26,341 nt of DNA, taken from Promethearchaeota archaeon (GTDB lineage: Archaea > Asgardarchaeota > Lokiarchaeia > Sigyniarchaeales > SOKP01). Location of the stretch: contig JAEOTA010000024.1 of assembly GCA_016840085.1 (NCBI GenBank), forward strand, positions 1-26,341, written 5' to 3'. Positions 1 to 9,404 of this stretch are shown here, piece by piece (position 1 is the first letter of the stretch; the number at the start of each line of letters is the position of its first letter). The translations under genes were made by a program, and so were the position numbers. Under the pieces are notes generated by a model. It saw only the letters and a list, made by a program, of their open reading frames with translations. It made no database searches and was not told the origin of the DNA.

Positions 1-104
1 AGGATAGGCATCATAATGAGTAATCCTACTGTCCGTTTATCATGTAATAATGCTTGGAGATTCTTTCGTGTGATTGCTATAATCCTCCTTAAACTAATGC
101 TCAT
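1..104 (-). CDS. ABC-2 type exporter permease, N-terminal part (runs off the window)
   Basis: Not in the ORF track. ATG at 104-102 overlaps the TGA of the ABC ATPase (ATGA). It reads MSISLRRIIAITRKNLQALLHDKRTVGLLIMMPI, a typical ABC-2 permease N-terminus. Confidence 0.85.
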   Translation of the reverse strand, partial: MSISLRRIIAITRKNLQALLHDKRTVGLLIMMPI

Positions 105-874
105 CTTCCTGTCCCTCCTAACTCTTTTTCCTTCTTCTCCTGATGGGTGTAATGGATAAAAACCTCCTCCATATCTGGTAGTCTTTCAAGGTTTTTGAGT
201 CTTCTGACATTCTCCATTAACTCTATGGGTGTTCCACAGATTAATATCTTCTTATTCATCAAACCAATTCGATCACAGTTAATTGACTCTGCCAAATAAT
301 GGGTTGTAATGAGAATGGTAACTCCTTTTTCTTTTGAAATTTTCTTAAAATAATTCCAGAATTCGATTCTAAGTTCAGGGTCAATCCCTACAGTAGGTTC
401 ATCTAAAATTAGGATTTCTGGTTTATGTAGTAATGCAACTGCAAGGGAACATCGTCTTTGCATCCCTCCTGAACATTTGGAGATTAACCTTTTTTTATAT
501 TTTGTGAGGTCAATCAATTCAAGAACTTCTTGGATATGAGAATAAATAACAGGTTTTGGAATTTTATATAAGTTTCCAAAAAATTTTAGATTTTGCTCGA
601 TTGTTAGATCTAAATATAGAGAGAGCTCTTGGGGCATAAAACCGATTTTATGATAGACTTCATTAATCCTTTTGGGGATTTTTCTTCCATCCATCATTAT
701 TTTAGCTCCCGGATCTGGGTCTAATATATCTAATAGTACTAAGATAGTTGTCGTTTTTCCTGAGCCATTGGGTCCAATGAGACCATATATCTCACCTTTT
801 TGAATACTCATATCGAGATTCTCTACAGCATTGAAACTTCCAAAAGATTTTGAAAGATTTGATATTTTTATCAT
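101..874 (-). CDS. ABC transporter ATP-binding protein (multidrug/ABC-2 exporter type)
   Basis: Walker A GPNGSGKTT, signature CSGGMQRR, Walker B ILILDEPT, H-loop TTH. Confidence 0.95.
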   Translation of the reverse strand: MIKISNLSKSFGSFNAVENLDMSIQKGEIYGLIGPNGSGKTTTILVLLDILDPDPGAKIMMDGRKIPKRINEVYHKIGFMPQELSLYLDLTIEQNLKFFGNLYKIPKPVIYSHIQEVLELIDLTKYKKRLISKCSGGMQRRCSLAVALLHKPEILILDEPTVGIDPELRIEFWNYFKKISKEKGVTILITTHYLAESINCDRIGLMNKKILICGTPIELMENVRRLKNLERLPDMEEVFIHYTHQEKKEKELGGTGR

Positions 875-1109
875 ATTTTCCTATAAAAAATTATATTTTT
901 TGCATTATTACTCAAAATATAAAAACTTAAATAAATTTTTAAATCAGTAGTAAAAAGACACTGTAATTATATCTCTGAATAAAATTCTTAACTACTACCA
1001 CGGTTTTCTTAAAATCCATTATCTTCTATTTCAAATTAAATTTCTCCTTGTTTAAATATATAGTCTAATAATTATGTTAAATACTAAAATCAATTTAAGA
1101 GGCTTATTA

Positions 1110-1391
1110 ATGAAATTAATATTAAAAATTAAACCTAATAAATCATCTAAAAAAAAGAGAATCATTGCTTGGATACAAAAACATTCTGATTTTAATGATG
1201 ATATTAGACAATTTTTCCAGATATTTCAAGATGACATCAAAATATCTAAATTAAGTAAAATTCTGAATTATTACATAGTCACCTCTGAAAACCCAGCAAT
1301 TATCTTGAACTTGTTTACTTCAATTCAAGAATCGATTCCTGAAGTTTATTTTAATAACGAGAATTCAATAGAAACTGAAGAATTAACTTAA
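1110..1391 (+). CDS. hypothetical protein (~93 aa)
   Basis: ORF 1074..1391. The ATG at 1110 is preceded by GAGG (1099-1102) and is the more likely start. No recognisable motif. Confidence 0.65.
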   Translation: MKLILKIKPNKSSKKKRIIAWIQKHSDFNDDIRQFFQIFQDDIKISKLSKILNYYIVTSENPAIILNLFTSIQESIPEVYFNNENSIETEELT

Positions 1392-1501
1392 TCATTTCTG
1401 GAGTTTCTGATAAAAAGAGGCCAAATTTATTCATTAAAAGATCTTTTTTTAATGATTCTGATACCGAAATATAATGCAGAAATCAGTCCAACTAAAAATT
1501 T

Positions 1502-3049
1502 TTAAGAACCTATAAATAGATAATATACAGGGATTTTATCGTAATCATACATATATTCAAATAATTCAAAGAAGTGATAATCTCCATAATTTGGTAGATA
1601 TTTATAATATGCTTCTTTAAGATCCTTTACTCGGATGCCTCCAATTCTTTTAATATATAACCATCTAGGGAGAGGTCTATTTGAACTTGAAACTTCTACA
1701 CTTGGTATGACATAGATCTCATCATAAGTAAACACTATATCCTCATCTAATTTCTCCCATTTTGTATCCTCCCATTCCCATTTATGAATTTCTTCTCTTT
1801 GAATTTTGTCATTATCCTTTATGCATAATTTTGGGTCCATTTTAATTCTTTTAAATTCTATTTCGACACTATCACTATAAGTTTTCTTTATTTTAATCAA
1901 CACTTTAGGTTTTTGCATTCTCTTTACAATTTTTTGTACAGATTCTGGAATATCCATGGATTCTTTATAAGAAAAATTAAATTCCTTAAGTAATTTGAGC
2001 TTACTAATTGATTCTGGCAAGCTATTTAAATCTTTTGAATCCAAAAGTAAATATTCAAGAGATTTGAGATTACCTATCGATTCAGGTATTTCTCCAATAC
2101 GGGATCCCTTTATACTTAATCTTTTTAAGGACGTCAGATTCCATAACGATTTTGGAAGTGGTGAAATTTTAGCAAATCGATGAATCGCTAAATCTTCAAG
2201 TGATGTTAAATTTCCTATCGATTCTGGTATTTTTGTAAATGAATTAATGATTAACTTTAACTTTTTTATAGATTTTAACTGCGTAATTACTTCAGGAAAG
2301 GGAAATAAAGGATTACGTGATAAATCTAGTTCATTTAGATGTTCCAATTTCTTGAAACATTCGGGAATACTTTTAATACCATTAAAACTTAAATTTAACT
2401 TTTTCAATTGAGTTAAATTGCATATAGATTCAGGAAATGATTGTAAGTTACAATAACTTAAGCTTAAACCTATTACTTGATTATTCTCAATTATGATTCC
2501 AGGTAAAAAAGAAGTGATACGTTTTTTTGCTACGATTGTGAAACCAATGATTTCTTCAATGTCTTTTAAAGCTTTAACTTGTTGCGAATCCAAGCCATAT
2601 TTTTCATATTTATTTGTTTTCAAGTCCATCAATATTAAATCATTTTGGATTAAAGCATCTTCATAAATTTGTAGACCTTTTGGGATAAGCTTTTTTGCTA
2701 TATTTACTGCTATAGATTTATTACCTATGATCAATTCACAATGAGGACACCAATTTGTGATTAGTTTTCTTCCTTGGGATTTATCATATTTTTCTTCAAT
2801 AAAAGAATAGATTCTCATTAGCTCTTTATCTAATTTTAACACATCCCCAATACAATGAAAATGTTCATGATGAAAATAGTATGAAACTACAGGTAATTTT
2901 GTAAGACATCGTTTACACTTATACATCCACTTGTAAACTTTAAATCTCTTTATGGTGGATATATCTTTTTGAATTTCTTGTCTCATTATGAGGTAATAAT
3001 TTAGCTTAAATTTCTTGTCCTTATTTATGAAAATAATAAGGAATTCCAT
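1502..3049 (-). CDS. leucine-rich repeat protein with an N-terminal Cys4 zinc-ribbon-like domain
   Basis: About 7-8 LRR units of type LxxLxLxxNxLxxLPESIGNL. CKRC and CPHC pairs lie in the N-terminal region. The true start may be the downstream MRQEIQ. Confidence 0.85.
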   Translation of the reverse strand: MEFLIIFINKDKKFKLNYYLIMRQEIQKDISTIKRFKVYKWMYKCKRCLTKLPVVSYYFHHEHFHCIGDVLKLDKELMRIYSFIEEKYDKSQGRKLITNWCPHCELIIGNKSIAVNIAKKLIPKGLQIYEDALIQNDLILMDLKTNKYEKYGLDSQQVKALKDIEEIIGFTIVAKKRITSFLPGIIIENNQVIGLSLSYCNLQSFPESICNLTQLKKLNLSFNGIKSIPECFKKLEHLNELDLSRNPLFPFPEVITQLKSIKKLKLIINSFTKIPESIGNLTSLEDLAIHRFAKISPLPKSLWNLTSLKRLSIKGSRIGEIPESIGNLKSLEYLLLDSKDLNSLPESISKLKLLKEFNFSYKESMDIPESVQKIVKRMQKPKVLIKIKKTYSDSVEIEFKRIKMDPKLCIKDNDKIQREEIHKWEWEDTKWEKLDEDIVFTYDEIYVIPSVEVSSSNRPLPRWLYIKRIGGIRVKDLKEAYYKYLPNYGDYHFFELFEYMYDYDKIPVYYLFIGS

Positions 3050-3101
3050 ATATAAATTTTTAAGGTTCCAATATTAAATAATTTCTAAATTCAGGAAGAT
3101 A

Positions 3102-3232
3102 TGGGAGAGGGGGGATTTGTTCGAGGTTCCCGACACGAGATCCCATTGAACCCCCGGCCCCTTGGTCCCAAACCAAGATTTAAGCCGTAGAGAAAAGCTC
3201 TACAGTATCATACCAGGCTAGACCACCCTCCC
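3102..3232 (-). tRNA. tRNA-Pro (anticodon TGG) with two introns (3179-3206 at 25/26; 3117-3145 at 58/59)
   Basis: Acceptor stem GGGAGGG/CTCTCCC plus discriminator A. D-arm GTCTAGCCTGGTATGAT. Anticodon arm CTTGG-TT-TGG-GA-CCAAG. T-arm GGGGG-TTCAAAT-CCCCC once the intron is removed. Removing 28+29 nt leaves 74 nt. CCA is not encoded. Confidence 0.93.
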
Positions 3233-3250
3233 TTTTGGAAACGGGTTTTT

Positions 3251-3260
3251 CTTTTTAAAG
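3251..3260 (-). promoter_or_regulatory. putative TATA box of the tRNA-Pro gene
   Basis: CTTTAAAAAG on the minus strand, about 19-28 nt upstream of tRNA position 1. The AT-rich background weakens this. Confidence 0.35.
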
Positions 3261-3457
3261 ATCTTATTCAATTCCTTTCTTAATATTAAGATAAACTAAA
3301 AATTAAATAAGTAATCTTATTTATATGCTGGTATAGATAATAAAAATTAATATTCTAAAAAAGTTTTACCGTTAATCATTAAGGTTTTAATTTTTTATTT
3401 ATAAATTAAAATTGATTTTCTTATTTGACATCACCATATTTTTTTTAATATTTCAAA

Positions 3458-4036
3458 ATGCAAAGAATAGTTTATTTACAGCAAATTGGAGATTTTAATG
3501 AATCAATATTGTTAAGATTGAAAAACCAATTAATAGGTGAATTTAAGGAATTTGACATATCTTTTGAGATTGTAAAAGATGAGATTCCATTAGAAGAATC
3601 AGATTATGATTCAACAAGAAGGCAATATAATGCCACTTCAATTTTAAATAAAATTGCATATCACTTACAAGAAAAGCAATATTTTCGAATTTTAGGGATA
3701 CTAAATGAAGATATTTTTTCAGGTTCATTAAATTTCGTATTTGGCTTAGCTATGAACCCGAATGTTAAAATTTTAAGTTTTCCTATAGCAGCATTAATAT
3801 CAATAACGCGACTCAGAGAAGATTTTTATAGAAGACCTACAAATAACGCTCTTTTTGAATTAAGAGTATTAAAAGAAGCAATTCATGAGCTTGGACATAC
3901 ATTTAGATTAAAACATTGTAATAATTATTGTATTATGAAATTTTCAAATTCTTTACGAGATACAGATAATAAACCAAAAAAATTTTGTGAATCATGCCAC
4001 AATAAACTAAAAAGTTATTTAAATCATTTGGAATAA
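3458..4036 (+). CDS. amzA: archaemetzincin (peptidase M54 family zinc metalloprotease)
   Basis: HELGHTFRLKHC zinc motif followed by C..CIMKFSNS..DTD.K...FCESC (Cys4 site). Confidence 0.93.
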   Translation: MQRIVYLQQIGDFNESILLRLKNQLIGEFKEFDISFEIVKDEIPLEESDYDSTRRQYNATSILNKIAYHLQEKQYFRILGILNEDIFSGSLNFVFGLAMNPNVKILSFPIAALISITRLREDFYRRPTNNALFELRVLKEAIHELGHTFRLKHCNNYCIMKFSNSLRDTDNKPKKFCESCHNKLKSYLNHLE

Positions 4037-5043
4037 TTGTTTTCAAAACTTTCCATAAATTTATTATAGAGCTCTTGACTGATTTTCAAAACTTTCTTAT
4101 TTTTTTTTACTAATTTTATCAAGTCATTTGGAATTTTTTTCAATCCAAAATACGCACCCGCTAAACTTCCTCCAATTGCTCCAACCGTGTCACTATCTCC
4201 ACCAGCTGTTGCAAGTTCGAAAATACATTCTTTAAATGAAGTTAATCTGTTTAAAAAGATAAAAAGTGAGCAGACAACAGTACTTATTGTATAAGGGTGA
4301 ACAAAAGCTTGCCCTAGAAATTGTTCGATAAAATAAGGTGATTTAACCCCGACTTGAGAAAATTTAATTAATCCTGATTCAATAGGTATGTCTAAATTTG
4401 ATTTTAATTTACTTAAGATTTTAATAAATTCTTCCCAAATTTCTTCCTGTGAATTAGAAATCGAATTAATAATAGCATTAAAAAAATCATCAATAGAAAA
4501 ACCAACTTCTGGATTTTTATCGATTAAAAAAGCAATTGCTCTTGCGATTAAGATCGCTCCTGCTGAAGCTGCAGGATGAGAGTGAGTAATTACACTAGAT
4601 TTTATTGCAACATTTTTTAATGCTTTCAAATCTTTACAATAGAATAGACCAATTGGTGATATTCGCATCACAGTACCATTACCCCCCGAGTTTGAAGCAG
4701 CTTGTTGCCATGGAATTCCATATTTTAACTTTCTTATTGATGAGATACAGCCATAACCGGGACCTACTGGAGGATCATCTAACCAATTTACATATTCTCT
4801 GATAAAATTTTCAGTATTAAACCCATTACCTTGAATTAAGGCTTCCGCTGTGTGTAATGTTAATTGCGAATCGTCAGTATATGTATTAAATAATCTTTTA
4901 TTATTTTGTACAAATTCTTCAAAATCATCGAAATATGAATATATTTCTGAACGAATTTTTCCTTCAAATGGATGTCCTAACGTATCACCAATTGTAACAC
5001 CTAATAATGTGCCTTGAAATTTATCTAAAAAATCTACTGACAT
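4024..5043 (-). CDS. ADP-ribosylglycohydrolase family protein (DraG/ARH-like)
   Basis: GDTLG, YTDDSQL, GNGTVMR, ITHSHP and GGDSDTVGAIGG motifs. Overlaps the convergent amzA by 13 bp. Confidence 0.93.
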   Translation of the reverse strand: MSVDFLDKFQGTLLGVTIGDTLGHPFEGKIRSEIYSYFDDFEEFVQNNKRLFNTYTDDSQLTLHTAEALIQGNGFNTENFIREYVNWLDDPPVGPGYGCISSIRKLKYGIPWQQAASNSGGNGTVMRISPIGLFYCKDLKALKNVAIKSSVITHSHPAASAGAILIARAIAFLIDKNPEVGFSIDDFFNAIINSISNSQEEIWEEFIKILSKLKSNLDIPIESGLIKFSQVGVKSPYFIEQFLGQAFVHPYTISTVVCSLFIFLNRLTSFKECIFELATAGGDSDTVGAIGGSLAGAYFGLKKIPNDLIKLVKKNKKVLKISQELYNKFMESFENNYSK

Positions 5044-5282
5044 TATAACTTAATCCTAAATTTAAGAATATAAATTAGTCATTTTTAGAGCTTTTAATTT
5101 TTTGGAATAGATTTTCCCTATTAAAGAATTATAAAAGGAATTATTAAAATCCACTTCAATGGATTTTGGGGGGATACAAATGTTAGTGAATAAAATTTGT
5201 AGAAAAAATGCAAACTAAATAATTTTTTATATATGTTTGTAAAATAACCTATTAACAAAATTATTATTAAGTTCAAAAAAAA

Positions 5283-5852
5283 ATGAATGTTATGGGTATA
5301 TCAGGAACTCCTAGGAAGAAAGGGAATAGTGAAATCCTCTTAAGGTATGCTTTAAAACCTCTTAAAAATAATGGATGGAATGTTAAAACTTTTCTATTAA
5401 GTGAATTAACAATAAAACCTTGTAATGCATGCGAGTCATGTAAAGAAACTGGTACTTGTATTATTAATGATGATATGCAAAGTATTTATTATGCGTTTCG
5501 ATGGTGTAATGCTATCATAATATCAAGTCCTGTTTATTCTCGAAATGTAAGTTCCCAATTACTCTCTGTACTTGATAGACATTATGCGGTAAAATTTGAT
5601 AAACCTTTAGAAGGGAAAGTAGGTGGAGCCATTGCAGTTGGTCGTGGAACATGTGGGGGTCAAACAATAACAATTAATGCCATTTATACATGGATGCTCT
5701 CGTGTGGAATAATATGTGTTCCTGGTGAATTAAATGGGGTAACGGCTGTAGCTGATGAGCCAAGCGACATTTTAAACCAAGAGAATCGGTTAAAACAAGC
5801 AGAAATTCTTGGATTTAATATTCTAAAAGTAGCAAAACTGCTTCAGAAATAA
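5283..5852 (+). CDS. iron-sulfur flavoprotein (Isf / flavodoxin-like, NADPH-dependent FMN reductase fold)
   Basis: SGTPRKKGNS FMN loop, CNACESCKETGTC (CX2CX2CX5C) cluster motif, SSPVY, GKVGGAIAVG. Confidence 0.9.
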   Translation: MNVMGISGTPRKKGNSEILLRYALKPLKNNGWNVKTFLLSELTIKPCNACESCKETGTCIINDDMQSIYYAFRWCNAIIISSPVYSRNVSSQLLSVLDRHYAVKFDKPLEGKVGGAIAVGRGTCGGQTITINAIYTWMLSCGIICVPGELNGVTAVADEPSDILNQENRLKQAEILGFNILKVAKLLQK

Positions 5853-6071
5853 ACATTTATTAATAAATTGCCTAAATATCTTTATCAGGTTATTTCATTG
5901 AATTTTAAATCCACACTGGATTTTTTCTTTAAATATGAAGAGTATTAATATCTTTTAAAACACTATAAATTGAGTTTAGGAAGGATTATAAGGTTATTAA
6001 AAAATCTTATATAGGAATTTTACTAATTTATGTTTTAATCTACAGATTAAAATTAGATAAAGGAGATTCTT

Positions 6072-6971
6072 ATGGCTAAGATTGATAAACTTAAAAATGT
6101 AATCACAGCAATGATTACCCCCTTTAAAGAAGATCTCTCAGTGGATGAAGTGAAATATAGAGAATTTATTAGATTTCAAATAAAAAATGGTTGTCAATTA
6201 TTAACTATGGGAACTACTGGTGAGAGTGCTACGTTATCTCACGAAGAACATCATTTTGCCATGGATATTGCTGTTGATGAAGCGAGAAAAAGTGGTATGG
6301 ATCCGTTTGTTTTAGCTGGATCTGGAAGTAATTCAACTAAAGAGGCAATTTCTTTATCTCAATACGCTGAAAAGACAGGAGCTGATGGTCTATTAATAGT
6401 TGTACCTTATTACAATAAACCAGTTCAACATTCGTTAATCGATCATTTTTCGACCATAGCTGATTCTGTGTCTTTACCAATAATACTTTACAATGTTCCA
6501 AGTAGAACAGGTAGAAACATGGAACCTGAGACAGTTTCAAGATTAGCATATGCTAAAGATAATATTATTGGAATCAAATGTGCAAGTGGAGATATTGACC
6601 AAATCACAAGAATTATTAAAACAACACCAGAAGATTTTATAGTTTTAAGTGGAGATGATAGTATGACTTATCACATCATGGCTTTAGGTGGAAAAGGAGT
6701 TATAAGTGTTGCTTCAAATATCATACCTTCTACAATGGTTGAATTTACAAAAAGTATGCTTAATAATGAATGGGAAAAAGCTCGAGATATGCAGATACGA
6801 TTATATGACTTGTTTAAAATCTTATTTTGTGAGACAAATCCAGGACCAGTTAAATATGCAGCAGAACTTATGGGATTAATGAATAAAAGAATGAGATTAC
6901 CTCTTACTCCTCCATTAGAAGAAAATCAACTCAAAATTAAAAAAGTATTAGAAAATTTAAATCTAATTTAA
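6072..6971 (+). CDS. dapA: 4-hydroxy-tetrahydrodipicolinate synthase
   Basis: AMITPF, GTTGE, PYYNKP, YNVPSRTG, GIK (Schiff-base Lys), LSGDD. SD AGGAG upstream. Adjacent to dapB. Confidence 0.95.
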   Translation: MAKIDKLKNVITAMITPFKEDLSVDEVKYREFIRFQIKNGCQLLTMGTTGESATLSHEEHHFAMDIAVDEARKSGMDPFVLAGSGSNSTKEAISLSQYAEKTGADGLLIVVPYYNKPVQHSLIDHFSTIADSVSLPIILYNVPSRTGRNMEPETVSRLAYAKDNIIGIKCASGDIDQITRIIKTTPEDFIVLSGDDSMTYHIMALGGKGVISVASNIIPSTMVEFTKSMLNNEWEKARDMQIRLYDLFKILFCETNPGPVKYAAELMGLMNKRMRLPLTPPLEENQLKIKKVLENLNLI

Positions 6972-6992
6972 TAAATGTGGGAGGATTAAAAG

Positions 6993-7814
6993 TTGATTAA
7001 ATTATTGGTTTTAGGACCTACCGGAGTAATGGGTAAATTAATTAGCAAATTAGCCTTAGAGGATGACGAAATTGAAGTAGTTGCTGCTTGTGGTATCAAT
7101 AATATTGGTGAAGAATTAGGTTTTATTTCTGGCACAATAGACGCTAATAAAATAAAAATTACTGATGTAAATAAGCTTGAAGAGATAATTAATGAAACTA
7201 AACCTCATGTAGCTGTTGATTTTACAGTGGCTTCGGCTACAGAAAAAAATTCTATAATATGCGTTAAGAACAGAATTCGGTGTGTTATCGGAACTACCGC
7301 ACTATCCCAAGATTTCCTCAAGAGATTTGAAAAACTCATAGAAGAATTTAATGCTCCTGCAGTGATATCACCAAATATGGCAACCGGAGTTAATATTCTT
7401 TTCAAAATGGCTTCAATACTAACCCAATATTTACAGAACTGGGATATAGAAATACTAGAAACCCATCATCACAGAAAAATTGATGCCCCAAGTGGCACCG
7501 CCTTAAAAATTGGACAATTAATAAGTAATACAGTTGGCTCTGACTTTGAAAAAATTGCTAAATTTGGACGACAGCGTGGTCCGAATAAAAGATCAGTAGG
7601 AGTAAAAAAAGAGATTGGCTTTCATTCGATTCGCGCTGGTGATATTGTGGGTGATCATGTAATATTATACGCCGGACCGGGAGAAAGGATAGAATTGAAA
7701 CATCAAGCACATAGTCGGGAGTGTTTTGCAAATGGGGCAATTGATGCAATTAAATTTGTTGCTAAGATAAAGAAAGCAAAAATTTATAGTACAAATGAAG
7801 TTCTTGGTCTATAA
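6993..7814 (+). CDS. dapB: 4-hydroxy-tetrahydrodipicolinate reductase
   Basis: GPTGVMG Rossmann loop, VDFT, IGTT, ETHHHRKIDAPSGTA, RAGDIVGDH. TTG start with GGAGG SD. Confidence 0.95.
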   Translation: MIKLLVLGPTGVMGKLISKLALEDDEIEVVAACGINNIGEELGFISGTIDANKIKITDVNKLEEIINETKPHVAVDFTVASATEKNSIICVKNRIRCVIGTTALSQDFLKRFEKLIEEFNAPAVISPNMATGVNILFKMASILTQYLQNWDIEILETHHHRKIDAPSGTALKIGQLISNTVGSDFEKIAKFGRQRGPNKRSVGVKKEIGFHSIRAGDIVGDHVILYAGPGERIELKHQAHSRECFANGAIDAIKFVAKIKKAKIYSTNEVLGL

Positions 7815-8068
7815 AAAAGACAATTTATTTCTTTTTTTCGAATCTTCAGAAAAATGAGATAAAATTATAAAAATTATCAGTGCAGATCAGTATTTTCATT
7901 AATCTATTTAGCTTAATAACTAAATAACGATTTCATAATGCCAACACTTCATCGAGACTATTAAGGGGTATCCAACCCAAATAATCCCACTTCTTATAAT
8001 CTTATCTCAATATGATAATGTAAAATTAAAATTTTAATATTACTTAATTTTATAAATTTCTTCAATAT

Positions 8069-9382
8069 TTATTTTAGATGTTCAGGAATTTCTTGATTTC
8101 TAATTAAATCTTTGAAAGTTTCACCTTCACGAATTTTGAATGTTCGACCTTTATCTATTAAAATTTCAGCGGATCTAGGCCTTGAATTATATGAACTACT
8201 CATTGTATAACCATAAGCTCCAGTATCAAGAATGGCAAGGAAATCTCCTTCTTTTAGCTCTGGTAGGTATCTTTCTTTTCCCAATACATCACCAGATTCA
8301 CATATTGGACCTGTAATATCATATTTTATTTGCTTTTTTCTTTTACTTTCATCACATACTATTATATGGTGATAACTATTATAGAGTGTTGGCCTTATTA
8401 AAGTGTTAAAACCAGCGTTAACCCCCGCAAACATTTTAAATCCATTATCTTTAATTGTATTTATCTGGGTTAAAAGTATACACGATTCTGCTAATAGATA
8501 GCGCCCCGGTTCTATAATAAACTTAGGTTCTCCAAAATTTCCTTTCTTAACCAGTTCTTTAAATTTTCTAAGAACTATAGTTTTATAGAGTTCCAAATCT
8601 AATGGATCTTCTACTGGTCGATATGGTATACCTAAACCCCCTCCAAAATCTAAAAATTCAAATGTCAAGTCAAGAGTATCAGCTAATTTTATCACTATAC
8701 TTATATATTTATCTATAGCTTTTTCAAAATCCAATGCATTGATGATTCCAGAACCAATATGGATATGAGTACCAAACTTTTTAAAACCAAATTCCTTCGC
8801 TTTTGAATATGCTTCGATAACTTGATCATCTAAAATCCCAAATTTAATTGTCTTTCCTGCCGTTATTGTATGAGAATGATGACCTACTCCAAATTCTGGA
8901 TTAATTCTAAAAGAAATCATATCCTTTTCCTTTTCTAGCTCATCGTGTATTTTTGCTAATCTTTTCAACTGACTAATACTGTCTAAGTTAATAAGAATAT
9001 TATTTTTAACAGCAAATTTAAAATCATCGTTCGTAAACATATTACCCGTGTAAATGATTTTGCTAGGAGTGATATCAGCTTTAAAACATGTATATATTTC
9101 TCCTGTCGATGTGCAGTCAAAACTTGCACCTTCAGCGTCTAGTATTTTTAGAATAGATAAGTTTGAATTAGCTTTCATCGCGAAATGTATAGAATTATTC
9201 TTATATTCAGAATCCAATATACTTTTTAATTTTCTATATTGATTTCTTATCATTTCCTCACTGATAATATATATTGGAGTTCCAAATTTATCAGCAATTT
9301 CTATAGTATTCATATCAGCAAAGTATAAAATCCCATCTCTATATTCTAAACCCTTATTTTTTAACCAATCAGCATATTTCAT
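8069..9382 (-). CDS. lysA: diaminopimelate decarboxylase
   Basis: FAMKAN (PLP Lys), HIHIGS, DFGGGLGIPY, EPGRYL, GPICESGD, GAYG..MSSSYN. Confidence 0.96.
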   Translation of the reverse strand: MKYADWLKNKGLEYRDGILYFADMNTIEIADKFGTPIYIISEEMIRNQYRKLKSILDSEYKNNSIHFAMKANSNLSILKILDAEGASFDCTSTGEIYTCFKADITPSKIIYTGNMFTNDDFKFAVKNNILINLDSISQLKRLAKIHDELEKEKDMISFRINPEFGVGHHSHTITAGKTIKFGILDDQVIEAYSKAKEFGFKKFGTHIHIGSGIINALDFEKAIDKYISIVIKLADTLDLTFEFLDFGGGLGIPYRPVEDPLDLELYKTIVLRKFKELVKKGNFGEPKFIIEPGRYLLAESCILLTQINTIKDNGFKMFAGVNAGFNTLIRPTLYNSYHHIIVCDESKRKKQIKYDITGPICESGDVLGKERYLPELKEGDFLAILDTGAYGYTMSSSYNSRPRSAEILIDKGRTFKIREGETFKDLIRNQEIPEHLK

Positions 9383-9404
9383 AAAAATAAGCCATAAAAT
9401 TTAA

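Noticed and set aside
7930-8000. GC-richer patch between dapB and lysA reading KKWDYLGWIPLNSLDEVLAL* on the minus strand
   Set aside because: Only about 20 codons, no start and no convincing fold. It could be a gene relic, but I cannot support that from sequence alone.
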